The notes under the pieces were generated by a model, which worked only from the letters and a program-made list of their open reading frames with translations, had not been told where the DNA came from and did no database searches. Source: Geosiphon pyriformis uo1 (taxonomy: Eukaryota > Fungi > Glomeromycota). Taken from it: DNA of 64,000 nt. The stretch spans positions 726,604 to 790,603 of the forward strand of contig JAAOMT010000226.1 of assembly GCA_016748015.1 (NCBI GenBank), given 5' to 3'. Positions within the stretch are counted from its first letter, which is position 1; each line of letters opens with the position of its first letter. Positions 13,767 through 26,217 of this stretch are shown piece by piece. Both the position numbers and the translations under genes were made by a program.

Positions 13767-15459
13767 AATCGTTTCATGGATACAGTGCGCTTACACATAT
13801 GGGTAGAACTATATTGCATTTAAGAAACTTGATAGATGTTAAAAAGACTTTATGAAGTTTTCAATGCCGCAATCTTGGGAAACAATTAGTACAATATTTG
13901 AGATTATAAAAGTGTTTATTTTCCATTTTCAACTTTTAAAGATACAAGCTCTTTTGGAATGGATAGCTAGAATTTTTATTCATTTCTATTTATTTCTTTC
14001 ATATCTGGTGCATTGAAATTATGATCCTTGATTAGAAAAACATAATAATAGCTATGCAAGTTTTACGACCCTCTATTTTATGAATTTCATATGAGAGCAA
14101 AATAAATTTTGTATTAATAAAAACATAATTTTATTAAATTTAATCTTACGATTCCAAAGTATTGAGAATCACCATCAATTTCACATTGAAAACTATATAA
14201 TATTTGAGGGGCAACTTAAATTGTAATCTGACATGCTACCAAAATAAGGCTAAAGCATTAATTATTAAACATAAATTATTGACGTAATTACTAAATACTC
14301 TTTTCATGTTATAATATTGGTTTCCTTTAGTTTTGTGGCTTTGATGAGATACTTTACCATTCAATAATCCAATAAAACTTTAACGCTGCGTCCTAGTTTC
14401 TAATGAGAGCGTTAAATCAATAAAATAATATCCAAGTGACAGAAAAAGTGCTTTTGGTATTGTCAAAACTCATTCTAGTTTGAGTCAATAATGTTGTTAT
14501 TGAAAACTTTATTATTTTGTTTGAAACCTTGGATCTTTTAAAACGGTAATATTGGTCAAGAACTTTTTTTAATTCTTTGAAAACTTAAAATTTGAAGGGA
14601 AATTCCTAGTGGCGAAAATGTGTTGAATATTTCAATCGAGGTAAAAAAAAAGAAAATGAGCAATTTTAATTTCTGTGAATTTGTATAGAAAATATTTTAA
14701 AATTGTTTATAGCTATTCAGAATTTCTAAATACTTTCTAAATTTTCTTAAAAACATGAATGAGCTAGTTTTTAAAAATAACACTTCATTCAAAAATCTTT
14801 AATTCTCCTCTTTAAACTTCAGTTAAGATTTTAGAATTCAAAGTCCATTAGTTATTATTCTGACTTTGGACAAATTTCACTCTTAAAATTAAATTATGTT
14901 AAAAATTTGATTTATTTAAAATATCAAAAATATTAGTCTCGCAATATCATTGATCAGAAACAGTATTATCATAATTTGCTTAGTTTTCTTCTGGTAAACA
15001 TTTTAAATACCTGATAATTTGGAGCTGGAATACAGAACAGTATTGCTTTTTATTAATAAAACATTGGTTGACAATAGATCGATTACAAAATTAAAGCTCT
15101 CTGAAAAAGCAAAAAAGCCTTTTAGTATCAGTTATTAGAAAATTGTTTGAATTCTTTAATTTCTAAATCTTTCAAGAATAAATGTGATATTTTCTTCTAG
15201 CAAAAAATGTTCATGTCAAGAAGCTTGATCTTTTTTATATCTATGCAATATAAATCATTTCAAAAATACAAAAAATCTAAATTAAAGGATAGAAAATTTA
15301 TCAGAATAAAATTTCAAATTTGAATTTACTAAAACGAAGAATTTTTTCTAAAAGTTTAGTTAAAGTTTACAAACAAAAAAATGATAGAATTATGGATTGA
15401 AAAGTTTGTATTGTAAGAAAGAAAATATTTAAATCAACAGTTAAAACCATCGTCCTTTA

Positions 15460-16787
15460 TTAAATTATCGTCAATCCTAATACCACAATAGTCAAAATTG
15501 AAATGGCAGATCCGACTGAGTGAGCGATACCAATAGGTGCAGCAGCACTATGCTTTGTAGTAGTACTGTTTCCACTTTTATTGTCGTTATTATCAACAGT
15601 GCTATTCGTTCCGTTTTTGGATATTGGGCCGTAGGAAGGAGTGATGCTAATATCTTCAACAACATAGTTGGCAGAAGCTGGTTGATCTTTAGTTCCACAT
15701 CTATTTATAGAATAAAAAATTCAGTCTCAAGTGTTTTAAATATTCAATTTTAGCAAAAAATTTATTATGGCTCTTACTTTGAGAAATATGTGCTCGCGCA
15801 GGCTGTATTACATGCGCCTTTATCGACATTTGATACCTGAGGTATTATTATAAATGAAAGCCAATAAGAAACTGAAATGATCCGATATATTAATCAATGC
15901 ATAATAATTGAAATGATTTTAATACCCTATCACTTTGGCAAACAGCTTGACAAGCCTATAAAATTGAATGTTTTCAATGAGAGTTTCTTCAAAACCAAAA
16001 ATTTTAAGTCTCAAAAAATGGTTTTCATGAAGAATAATACTCACTTGACCTCTACCCGAACAATCTGCATAATTAATTGGCCATTCCTGTGCTTTTTGGT
16101 TAAAAAAATCCAGATAGTCAAAAACGAAGAATAATAAAAACCTGATTTTTCGAACTAAAAATATTTTTACCTTCAAAGTTGGGAATATGTTGAAGACAGC
16201 CACAGCCCCAACCTAATGTTGTGACGTTGCAAAAATTCTAAAAAGAAAATATGAAATTTTAGAATTGGGCTCAGTTCTAGCAAATGGAAAGTTGTCAAAA
16301 ATGAAATCATACTTACTCGGGGAGCCTATGAAAATTTAGTTCAAGATATTAAATTTCATTAGGTCAATATTATTATATTTTCATCGAGTTAGAAAAATCA
16401 AGATTTCGAGAGAGAAAAATTATCAGTTTTTACCTGTTTTTCATCACCACCACAAGTGGATGTACAATAGGCTTTATTAGCAGCGCAGAGAGCTTGACGC
16501 TCTGTGGTAGGCTTCATAGTAAGATTGTAAACAAAAGGAGGTATTTGATATGGTGGAGGTTCTGTCTGGCCTAAATAAAACAAGTGATGGAAATAAATTT
16601 TTATTCACGTTCAATTTTAAAATTGGAAAAGAGCCATGGGAAAGATTTCTGTCAGCGTTCATCAAAATATTAGCAGGTATAAGAATTCAAATATTTTCAA
16701 AATTCTAAAATTTCTAAGTATACCTTTGGCACTTTGGATCATAACACTAATGAGTGCCACCCAAGAAATAACAATGTATAACTTCAT
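15460..16787 (-). CDS. Secreted Cys-rich, probably GPI-anchored surface protein (DUF7707-like), about 8 exons
   Basis: Spliced reading: MKLYIVISWVALISVMIQSAK GQTEPP...ALCAANKAYCTSTCGGDEKQ APR NFCNVTTLGWGCGCLQHIPNF...PINYADCSGRGQACQAVC...GACNTACASTYFSKCG, then an N/S/T-rich stalk and a hydrophobic C-terminal tail (SAISILTIVVLGLTII*). Family name is from recall of the Cys spacing. Confidence 0.8.
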
Positions 16788-18207
16788 ATTAAGAAAAGTA
16801 AAAACTTTAAAAGAGGATTTGATTTTAGGAATTAAGGAAAAGTGAATACTTGGTAATGAAAATTTTACAAAGGAAAACCTGCCAAAGAATTGACGTCGGT
16901 TTTTGAAATTTTTTGATGAAATTAATGAATAGGTTAGAATTTGACTTGTTATGAGGTTGAAGGTAGGAGTGAGGAAAAAGCAATGATAATAAAATCCATC
17001 GGGATGAAATCTGTCTATAAAACTTGTAGTGAATCGATATTTGTTTTCCATTTCCAATCACAGAATTAGATGTTAAATTAGTGGCACAATGATATGTAAT
17101 CACTGAAACGAAGCTGCATTTGTGTTCAATAGAAATATAACCAATACTTTACAAGGCACATCTCCTATGTTGGCAATTTTGGAAATTCTCGGTGCTCTCT
17201 GTTAATCTTTTTGATACATGCATTAAGAATTTAATTCTTCCATTATCTTCTCGAACGTTATGTACGAATTATTCGAAGTCTGAACTATTTGCACAACACC
17301 CGAGATTTTTTTTTCAAAGATAAATATATCCTTTAATCAAATTCTTGCAACCATTTTATTTATTTGTATTTCTTCGTTAAAATCTGGTTCAAAAACTAAT
17401 AGTGGTCATGGGAAATTTTCGTTCAGATTAATCTAACAATAAAAAAAGGTGCTTTAAAAAAATAAAATTCAAGTATTACGTAAGTCTATTGATAGGAGGT
17501 TTCAATTATAAATGCGCAAAAATTTATTTGATCTTAACCAATAGAAACCTAAATTTCCTCATTTTACAAAATTTTTGCTCAATCCTAAATGCAAAAAATT
17601 AAAGTTTATTACAAATTCCAAAAAAACATAATTATATTTTTAATTTAAAGACTTTTATTTACTAAAACAAAAATGTCAAAAAGAAAATTTTTATAAATAG
17701 CAGTATACTGGTTTCATAAAAATTCTCAAGTTGGAATTAAATGTTTTATTCAATTTTGGACAGAGTATTACAATCTAATAACTATTTTTAACATTTAGCA
17801 CGTTATTTTTTTATGTTTTGTATCTTAATACAAGGTAAAGATTTTGATTTCTTAAAAATTTTCAAGACTAAATTTTTAATTTTCTTATAATAAAAGATAA
17901 ATATATGCTATGGCCTTAAAAAATAAGTGGTCTTATTTACACAAAATTATGTCCGAAAGTAAATTTAAACATCTTCAAAAAATTATTCATTTTCCTGGGT
18001 TTATGAAATGTACATTTTCTATTGATACTGGCATTTGTACACTCTTCACTTGCTATTTCCTTTTTAAAGGTTTGGACAAAGCCGACTTTGGCGACATTAG
18101 ACAAATTTCTTATTTGTGCAATTATATGGATTCTCTCATATTTTTCACTTGCAAGTTTGGTGCAATCATTATCCTGCAATTTAATGTGTTAGACATAATA
18201 ACTTAAA

Positions 18208-18382
18208 GGATTAAAAAAATTAAATAAAAGACTCTAGAAAATGCTTTCTTGGGTACATTACCATTCTGATTGCCAAGGATGAAGATTTGGGAGTCCAAGT
18301 TGTCATTCAAAATGAGGCATATACATTCAAGACTTGTAGTTGGTACGATAAAATAAAGATCATCGGAGGGCTCAAAGTTTGA
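18208..18382 (+). pseudogene. Fanzor/TnpB (IS607-like) relic, RuvC-II and zinc-finger region
   Basis: MLSWVHY, then after a frameshift LIAKDEDLGVQVVIQNEAYTFKTCSWYDKIKIIGGLKV*. This matches the TnpB/Fanzor E-x-YTSKTCS-x-CG motif with point changes. Confidence 0.75.
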
Positions 18383-18907
18383 TAGTGGGAAAATCTAAAT
18401 TAAAGCTACATAAAATTTTATCTTTTTTTGAAAATCTTGACTTTCAAGATTTTGATTGATCAATTAGTTGAAAGTAAAATTTGCTGCTATTTGATGTGGA
18501 AAGGGCTCTTGGATGAGCTTCATAGAAAGATTATAAAATCTTTCTTTACTACCGGAGTCTGAACAAAATGGAGGTGTGAGTCTTTTATTTTCTGAAATTG
18601 TGCCTTCTTTTACCATTGTGATTATGACGATAGCATTTTGGTTTTGATCCCATCATAGAAATCGAGATCAATAAAGCCATCAAGACAGAGGGAGTCACGC
18701 AGATTTTGAACTTTCGATATTAACAACCCCAATAAATCTTTATATAAGATTTTATATGCCATTCTTAAAAGTAAATTTGACTCATTTAAAAATTTAAAAA
18801 TATGCAGAAACCTAAAACGAATTTGCATGTTTAAACACTTTTAAAAATCAAGATATCAAAGGTTTGTCACTTTTTAACAAATAAACTTGACATTTGTTTA
18901 CTTTTTA

Positions 18908-20096
18908 CGACTCCCCAAAATTATAATATTGTTGTGTAAGAAAAATAATACCCACTTGTAGATAGTTAAACGAAATCGAAAGGGAAGATTCTGGCATACA
19001 TGGAAACGCTAAAATCTCAAAATGCTTGTACGTTATCCCACAAGAATATGGCGCTTGATTGAGAAGTATCAAAGAACAGGAAAACGTGAAACTTACCACA
19101 TTCTAAAGGAATAGAAATTCTTAGCAACCACGAAAAAGATTTACTAGTGTGTAAAGCCAGGGAAAACGACATGCACTACTCAATGAAATTGTCAACAATT
19201 TAGGTCTAAAAATGTAGTTTGTCAACTGCCGCAAATGTACTCTACAACTCTGGACTTTGCTCACGTATCGCAGCAAAAACCTTATATCTCAGAAACACCT
19301 GCCTACACTCGTGTTAAGTGGTGTGTAAGAAAAAAAAATAAAACCGTTCACGATTAGGCAAAAGTCATCTTCTCTGATGAGACGAGTATGGAATTGGGAA
19401 GCAATCACGACAACCAAGAGTTTGGCGGCATGCTAGCGAAGAGTTTAATACTAATTCCTTAGTCCTTACTCTAAATAGTAGGCGAAAATCCATAATGGTT
19501 TGGGGGTGTTTCACGGGAGGATTCAAACGACCATTGGTATTTTGTGATGAATACAAAAAAAATGTTGAAAAATAAATGCAAATAGTTACCTTGAAGTCTT
19601 AATAGCTACCTTGAAGTCTTAATAGCCATTATATAAAATAAAATTAAAAAGCTATATGAAAGTAAAAAATCATGACAACCAAATTTTCTTCCGTTTCAGA
19701 ATGTAATTAAGTTGTTAACTGGACGCTCCCCAATTTTTCAGCAAGATAACGTACTGATTCATACTGCAAAAAATATCTAACGGAAAATAAAATTACGACT
19801 ATCACTGGCCGGTGAATTCACCAGACCTGAATCCAATTGAAGCTGTTCAAGGACAATACCCAAAAACACGAAGTATGTGGTCGAACTTAAAATTGCGCTA
19901 AAGGAGGAAGAAATTCGATACCTCTGTTCTCGATGAAGTTATTCCCTCAATGCTAAGGAAAATTGAAGGAGGATTTTGAGGGCGGACAAAGCATTAAATC
20001 ATGTATAATTTTTATTTCGTAAAAAATTAAGTAAATCGGAAAGTATCAGAATTTTTGTGTCCAATTTTGAATCGGGCGTTACTTTTTGGGGTATTG
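18908..20096 (+). mobile_element. Degenerate Tc1-like transposon
   Basis: Frameshifted motifs VIFSDET, SIMVWGCF, IFQQDNVLIHTAK, WPVNSPDLNPIE. Imperfect termini (TA-CGACTCCCCAAAA ... TTTTTGGGGTATTG-TA). Confidence 0.85.
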
Positions 20097-20154
20097 TAAA
20101 ATATAGATATTCATAGGGCACATCGGCTATCGGAAAATCGTTCCACACAAATTA

Positions 20155-22598
20155 TTAAGATTCCCTTTTTAGTTTGCCTAAATAATGCCTAACATTTTCT
20201 TTTTTGGCAAATTTGGTGATCGCATATAATGCAGCTTGGGAAGTCTGAAAAATATTCATGACATTTTAGTCAAGAGAATTGAGACAATCAACTCCACAAA
20301 AACATACCACACCAATTGCTTCTTCGCTAACATTTTCCAGTGTATCACACGCCTGGTGGTAGCAAGGATCAAATGGGGCATTGGCAAATCCCCCAAACGT
20401 GTGCCTTTGGTCCTCAGTTTTTCGGCCCCCAGCTCCAGTCAATACCCCACCTAAAAGATCGATTTATAAATTGTATTGACCAAGTCAATCTCATTTCTTA
20501 GCAAATTGGGTATAAAAGAGCTCAAATGCTCGTAAATTACTAATAAAATGCATCATGCCTGATGGAATTCCATGTTCCAGGAATGGCAGAAAGTCACTGC
20601 CAGCTAACATATCAATCAGTTCATATGACTCGTGGGCAGCCTTGAAGTACTCTTCAAACACATTTTGTATTACTATCGAAGCATTTCGCACATCTGATGG
20701 CGCGTCTTCTCCCTTATGAATCTACAATATGTAACTTAAAAATTAGCAAAATATTACTTCATAAAAGTCAAAGCCAAAATCAGGGATCCTCATATACTCA
20801 CAAACGGGACGTAATTAGGACTTCCTAGCATATCAAAATTAAGATTCATAGCAATTTTTTCGTCCTCACCGCTCATCATGGCTTCTCTGATAAAATGTCG
20901 CGATCCTAAGAGTCCGATTTCTTCTGCGGCCCACCAAGCAAAAATTAAGTCATTTTTTGGCTTGAAATCAGCACGTTCGATGGCAAGCAAAATTTCTAAA
21001 AGAGTGGCCGATCCGGATGCGTTATCAACTAGACCTGCTCCAGCTGGTACAGAATCCAAGTGTGCGCCAAAAACAAGGGTATTTTCCTTTTCGGGACCAT
21101 CTCTTAGTAAGCAAATAACATTAAACGTGTCAGTCACAGTTATCTTTGTGTAAGTTTGAATGTCAACTTTTATTTCTTTTGAGAGAGCGAGCAGTTGTCC
21201 AAGTGAGTATGAGGCCGCAAGAACCGGTATTTTCATCAAAGGATCTGAAAGATATTAGCATATTTCATTAATGCATTGTTTTTAAAAAGTTCTAAATGAA
21301 ATAAATACCTCTTTCTTTCCAATCAACCAGTCGAACCCGGTTGTATAACAGCGTTCTCCGTGCTGGGGAATTATAAAAAATTACAGCAGATGCTCCTTTC
21401 TTTGAGGTTGTGAAGCAAGACGCAGATAATACGTTAATTATAGCAACCCATAAAGCAAAGACAATTAACTTGCTATACCTGTTCAGCCTTGTAAGCTGCC
21501 TTCCAAAAGTCACATTTGCCTCCTTCTTGAATCAATGCAATCTTATCTTTTACTTTGTCCCAACCATTTTCATTGCATCCAGATTCTGGTATAATCACTA
21601 CCTGCTGTTTTGAAAGTGTTGCTGACTCCCCTCCATATCTCATACCTTAATCCAGAAAAAGTATCCATTAAATAAATTTGGCATATTTAAACAAGAATTA
21701 AAAAAGCTTCTTTTTAATAACCTACTCCAGAAATCCACTCCGCCTTGATAAGTAACCGTCCCCTTTTTATGACGGTCATCATCATCATCATCATTATCCG
21801 GAAGAAAGGTGACATTTAATTCGGCTTCTTTTATTTTTTCCCAAATAGGGACTTTGAAATACTGTAATTTAACTTCACATCGTGTATTCTTCTTCAAAAG
21901 AGAGATAATGTATAGGGCAGACGCGTTATACCCAGCAGTAATGGAACGTGATGGTCTCTTAGTGGTATAGGCATAATTTTCTTCTTCATCGAATATCTCG
22001 GTAGATGCTTCGGAGATTGATGGGTTTGATTTCATTGATTTATTAAAAAATTTGATAATTTTTGATGAGTATAAAGGAATGGATGAGGTTGGAATTGTAT
22101 CGTTCTCGTAATATTGAGCAATTTTTTCAAACGCTTTCAAGTGTGCAAATATGTTCCGAGTAAGTTGTTGTGGCAGAATTATTTCTTTTTCATGCTTGCC
22201 TTCAGCTGTGAACAATTGAAAATTTTTTGAATCTCAGATAAATTGCATATTAATGTTGAAAATTCATTTTAAAACATTTTTCATTCATGACTCACGTCGA
22301 TTATGTGGCAAAAACAGAATAATACAAGTAATTGAAACTATAAAAACTAACAAGGCAACAAGACCATATGGTGCAGCTTTTACAGCTACCTCACGAGGGT
22401 TGTGTCGGTTACTTCTGTTATTTCGACGTGAAAGGAGGGGTGTTGGCGATGATTTCCGTGAGTTTTCTTCATCTACAGGATAATATTTAATTAATTTGGA
22501 GAAATTAAAGGATCAATTTAAATGCACTGTCAGATTTCACCTATAATATTGCTGCTGTTACTTCCCAGAAGTGGGGCGTTTTCCAACAAAGTAGACAT
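20155..22598 (-). CDS. M28 family aminopeptidase with PA domain (aminopeptidase Y-like) and an N-terminal membrane anchor, multi-exon
   Basis: FGAHLDSVPAGAGLVDNASGS, WWAAEEIGLLGS, NLNFDMLGSPN, GSDFLPF, PCYHQACDT. PA-type KGASAVIFYN. N-terminal hydrophobic segment LVALLVFIVSITCIILFL. Confidence 0.9.
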
Positions 22599-25020
22599 AT
22601 GGTTGACTCGAATTAGTTTGTGCCAAAGTTAGGTGAAATTTCTTTAATTAGAACGAAATTTTATTTTTACTTTACACTTTTATTTTGTTAAGGATAAAAT
22701 AAGGTTCCGCCGCTAATTATTGTGAATTTATACGCCTGCTGCTTTTAAGGGTCACGAATTAAGCAAACATGATTATATTCGGAATAGCTCAGATCTTGAT
22801 GGAAGTTTCCACAAAAAGACTGGAAATTAATTGAAGATCTTGAACTTTACATGCACAGATCAAGGCGATCCTAATCACATCTCGAAAATATTGAATCCTA
22901 CTTTCATTTCACCCCTTAAGTGTTTTCAATTACAGAATTTTAGATATGAGGCTTGCGGCAATAAATCCAGACAAAGTGAGGCTGCCTTCGGCAATTTTGG
23001 CTTTTCTTTTTTAGCACCCAGAATATAATCGCTGTTATCCCTGCTATCGCCAAGATTGCTGGGACTTCTCATTCTCTAATTGTTGCTTGGTTTGTTCTAA
23101 TTCAATCTTTAATTCTTTAGTTTTATGGCAAGCATCTTATTCTTCCATTTTTTATCAATTTTTTTAATTTCAGCTTAAGCTTCCACATTAATGACCTGAA
23201 TGATATTTTGTAAATGGTGTTTAAATTATTACGTAATCTGACAATTATTTATTTTCTTTTAGCAACATTATTTCGTATTAATTTTTAGAGTTTTATTATT
23301 TCTTCTGAAACAATTAAACATTAAAATCAGCTTTGATTTCTATTTTATTCAATTTTTCTTATACTTAACTATTATTTTTAAGATAATTATAAACTATTTT
23401 GAATTCTTAATCTTTTTTTGGTTAATTTTTTTGATTAAACAATAAAAATATTTTGTTATTTATATTTTATAGAAGAAAGCATTAGCACCTTAAATGATAA
23501 TAAATTTATTATTATTATAATTATAATTATTATTATTATAACATTAAAATTCGTTTTATTCTATATACCAAACAAATATATTTTGCAAAACTATAATAAT
23601 AATAATAATAATATATGAAAGTTTGAAATAAATAGAATACTATTTTATATAAAAATAATCGTTATTTTAACTTTAATATTATACATATTTTTAAATATTT
23701 CAATTTTTTTTTTGTATCGGAAACATAAATTAATATTTAAAAAATATATTTAATTCTTTTTTAAATGCAATTTTTACAATTGTAATATTTTTCTTTAATG
23801 AAAAAAATTTATAAAACCAATTTATTTATTTCAAAAATACATATTATAACTGTAAAAAATTTATGTAAATTCAGAATATTTTCTGACATGTTTATTATTA
23901 TAATTTAATGATCGATAAAAATAAAAATTATTAAATTTAAAAATATATTTTTCACTATATCAATCATGTTTATTTTAAAAAAAATTTTAAATTGTATTTT
24001 ATCTTAATTAAAAATATTTTAAATAACATATTTTAAAAATTCTTTTTATCAGATAAATTTATACATTAAATAAAAACATCAACGTAAATTATAATTTTTT
24101 AATAAGTATTTGTGCATTAAAAATATTTGATAGAAATTATCGTTCAAAAACCTCATCGTATATTATTAAATTCACAAAATAACGTGTGCATTTTTATCAA
24201 CAAAACATGAAATGAAACGAAATCTTAATAATTAGTTATTTGGTTTTTAATAAAAATTTTAAGCTCAAATTACTACTTAACATGTCTTGCAAATTGAGCT
24301 TATTTTTTTAATTTCTCAATCCTCTGCAATTCAAATTATCAGTATATATCTTTTATTTTTTACTTTTTCAAGATTTGGTTTCAGACTTTAAAATAGATGA
24401 TTAAACTAATTTCACCAAAAATATTATAAAATAGTAATGAAAGAAGATAGTATTGTTATGCGTACTCTTCTTAGTGATATGTCACCAGTATTTGATTCAG
24501 AAATTGTTTCAAAGGGAAAAACTTAGTTACCAATTACACTAAATGTGGTTTGAAAAACAGGAGGCAATTAGCTTTACAACTCTAAAATCATTAAAATCAA
24601 TTATATCAAAAAGACTTAATTTTCAAGTCCAATATTGTATGAGGCGCCAATTTAATATGAATTAATTTTTTTTAAGCAAAGAAAGATTTTGTTCAGATAT
24701 TTTATTTATGTTTGATTCAACAATCAATCTGCCTTCAAGTCTATTACGATTCATCAATTCAAAAACTCTCTCTGGCTGTATGCGAAAAGAAATTCATTTC
24801 ACAGAAATAGAATGTTCTTTGAGCATAGTGTGAAAGATAAGATGATTGCAAGGCATGATTTCTAATGATAAATAAGAGATATAAAAAATTGATAAACGCA
24901 AATTCCTCTAATATTTATATAGTAAATAGCAATCCCTAAAGCCACCACAAATATCCAAGTTATACATATACACCCACAAAAGAAATTCACATACTCTAAT
25001 TTATTTATCTAAATTTAGCA

Positions 25021-25056
25021 AAGGGAAGGGGAAGGGGAAGGGGAAGGGTAAGGGTA
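25021..25056 (+). repeat. (GGGGAA)n purine repeat
   Basis: aagggaaggggaaggggaaggggaagggtaagggta, downstream of the DPBB gene. Confidence 0.85.
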
Positions 25057-25350
25057 TAATTTACAAGTTTTAATAATACAAAAAAAGATACATTAATTTT
25101 AAGGGAATAAAAGACTTACTACCTAGTTTTTTTTCGGGGGGTTGAAAAAGAAAAAAAATTTGAGTGTTTAAACAATTCATTTGTGTTTGACGAAGTGTGT
25201 GTTATGTGTTTTTGTTGCACGGAAAATAATGAGATAAGAATACCTCAAAGGTGTCTGTTTTGAGGATTTTTGCAAGATTTTAAGAGCAACAATGATTTCC
25301 ATTTTCCGAGTGAAGCGTAAATTGAACTTTTGAGTTTTCCGCTTTCTATT

Positions 25351-26217
25351 TTATATGTAACTCCAAGTGATTGAGATACGACCTTTTGATGGGTCTGCAA
25401 GTTGGTTGAACACAACTGGCGCCATATCAACGTCTCCACTCTTGCATTCTGGGCATCGATCTTGGATAGTAGCAGTTGCGGATTTACCCTCATGATAAAT
25501 TCTGATTTGTTTGCCACACAGACTGTTTTTATTGGGGTTTCCATTTGGGGTAGATGGATCAAAGTCAGGTGCAGCCATGGCAACCACTGCATCATTATCG
25601 CCGTCAGTTTGACCACACGCACCAAGGCCTGGGTTATAGTAAGTACCTTCGCCTGATCTTGAACCACTACCGCCAGTTGATGAAGCCACTGGTTCTTTGG
25701 TTGGCTGTGGAGCTTCAGTTGTGGTTGGTGCTGGAGCTTTAGTTGATGAATGTGTGACAGTGGGCTCGGGAGTGGGCTCAGCAGTTGGCTCAGCAGTTGG
25801 TTGTGGAGCTTCTTGAGTTATCGTTTCGGTTTCAACAGGAGTTTCAGCAGGAACAGTCTCAACAGGAGCTTCATTAGGAACGTCTTCAGCAGGGATTTCA
25901 ACAGGTTTTGATGCTTTTGGATGACGATTCTTGGAACGATTTTTGGAATGATTATTCGGGAAAGTTGATGTTAGAGGAAAATCAAATGCTGGGAGGACCT
26001 CAGTATCTGAGAAATTAGGAATATTCAGTTGATGGCCCTTATGTTTCACTAGCTTCAAAGAACTTTTGCAATTTTTCTTGCCACCAGGACATTTTTTCGA
26101 ACTTTTGGTCGATTTTTTGGCCCTCTTTCTTTTAGGTACTGGGCTGGCAATAATGGACTCGACTATGAGAATAAGAATCGTGAATAGGAGGATGACTTTA
26201 CCGAGAGTGAACTTCAT
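25351..26217 (-). CDS. Secreted RlpA-like double-psi beta-barrel (expansin/loosenin-like) protein
   Basis: Signal peptide, basic segment, P/T/E-rich linker, and C-terminal GEGTYYNPGLGACG...NPNKNSLCGKQI...IQDRCPECKSGDVDMAPVVFNQLADPSKGRISITW. Confidence 0.92.
   Translation of the reverse strand: MKFTLGKVILLFTILILIVESIIASPVPKRKRAKKSTKSSKKCPGGKKNCKSSLKLVKHKGHQLNIPNFSDTEVLPAFDFPLTSTFPNNHSKNRSKNRHPKASKPVEIPAEDVPNEAPVETVPAETPVETETITQEAPQPTAEPTAEPTPEPTVTHSSTKAPAPTTTEAPQPTKEPVASSTGGSGSRSGEGTYYNPGLGACGQTDGDNDAVVAMAAPDFDPSTPNGNPNKNSLCGKQIRIYHEGKSATATIQDRCPECKSGDVDMAPVVFNQLADPSKGRISITWSYI

Noticed and set aside
13480-13806. Alternative-frame and antisense ORFs over the Asn/Gly genes (13480-13806, 32840-33049, 36665-36853, 38317-38634, 43931-44289)
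   Set aside because: Shadows of AAT/GGT-rich repeat coding, which lacks stops in other frames; they have no independent signals.
19584-19625. 20-bp direct duplication (TACCTTGAAGTCTTAATAGC)
   Set aside because: Two-copy slippage inside a dead Tc1 element; not a CRISPR or functional array.
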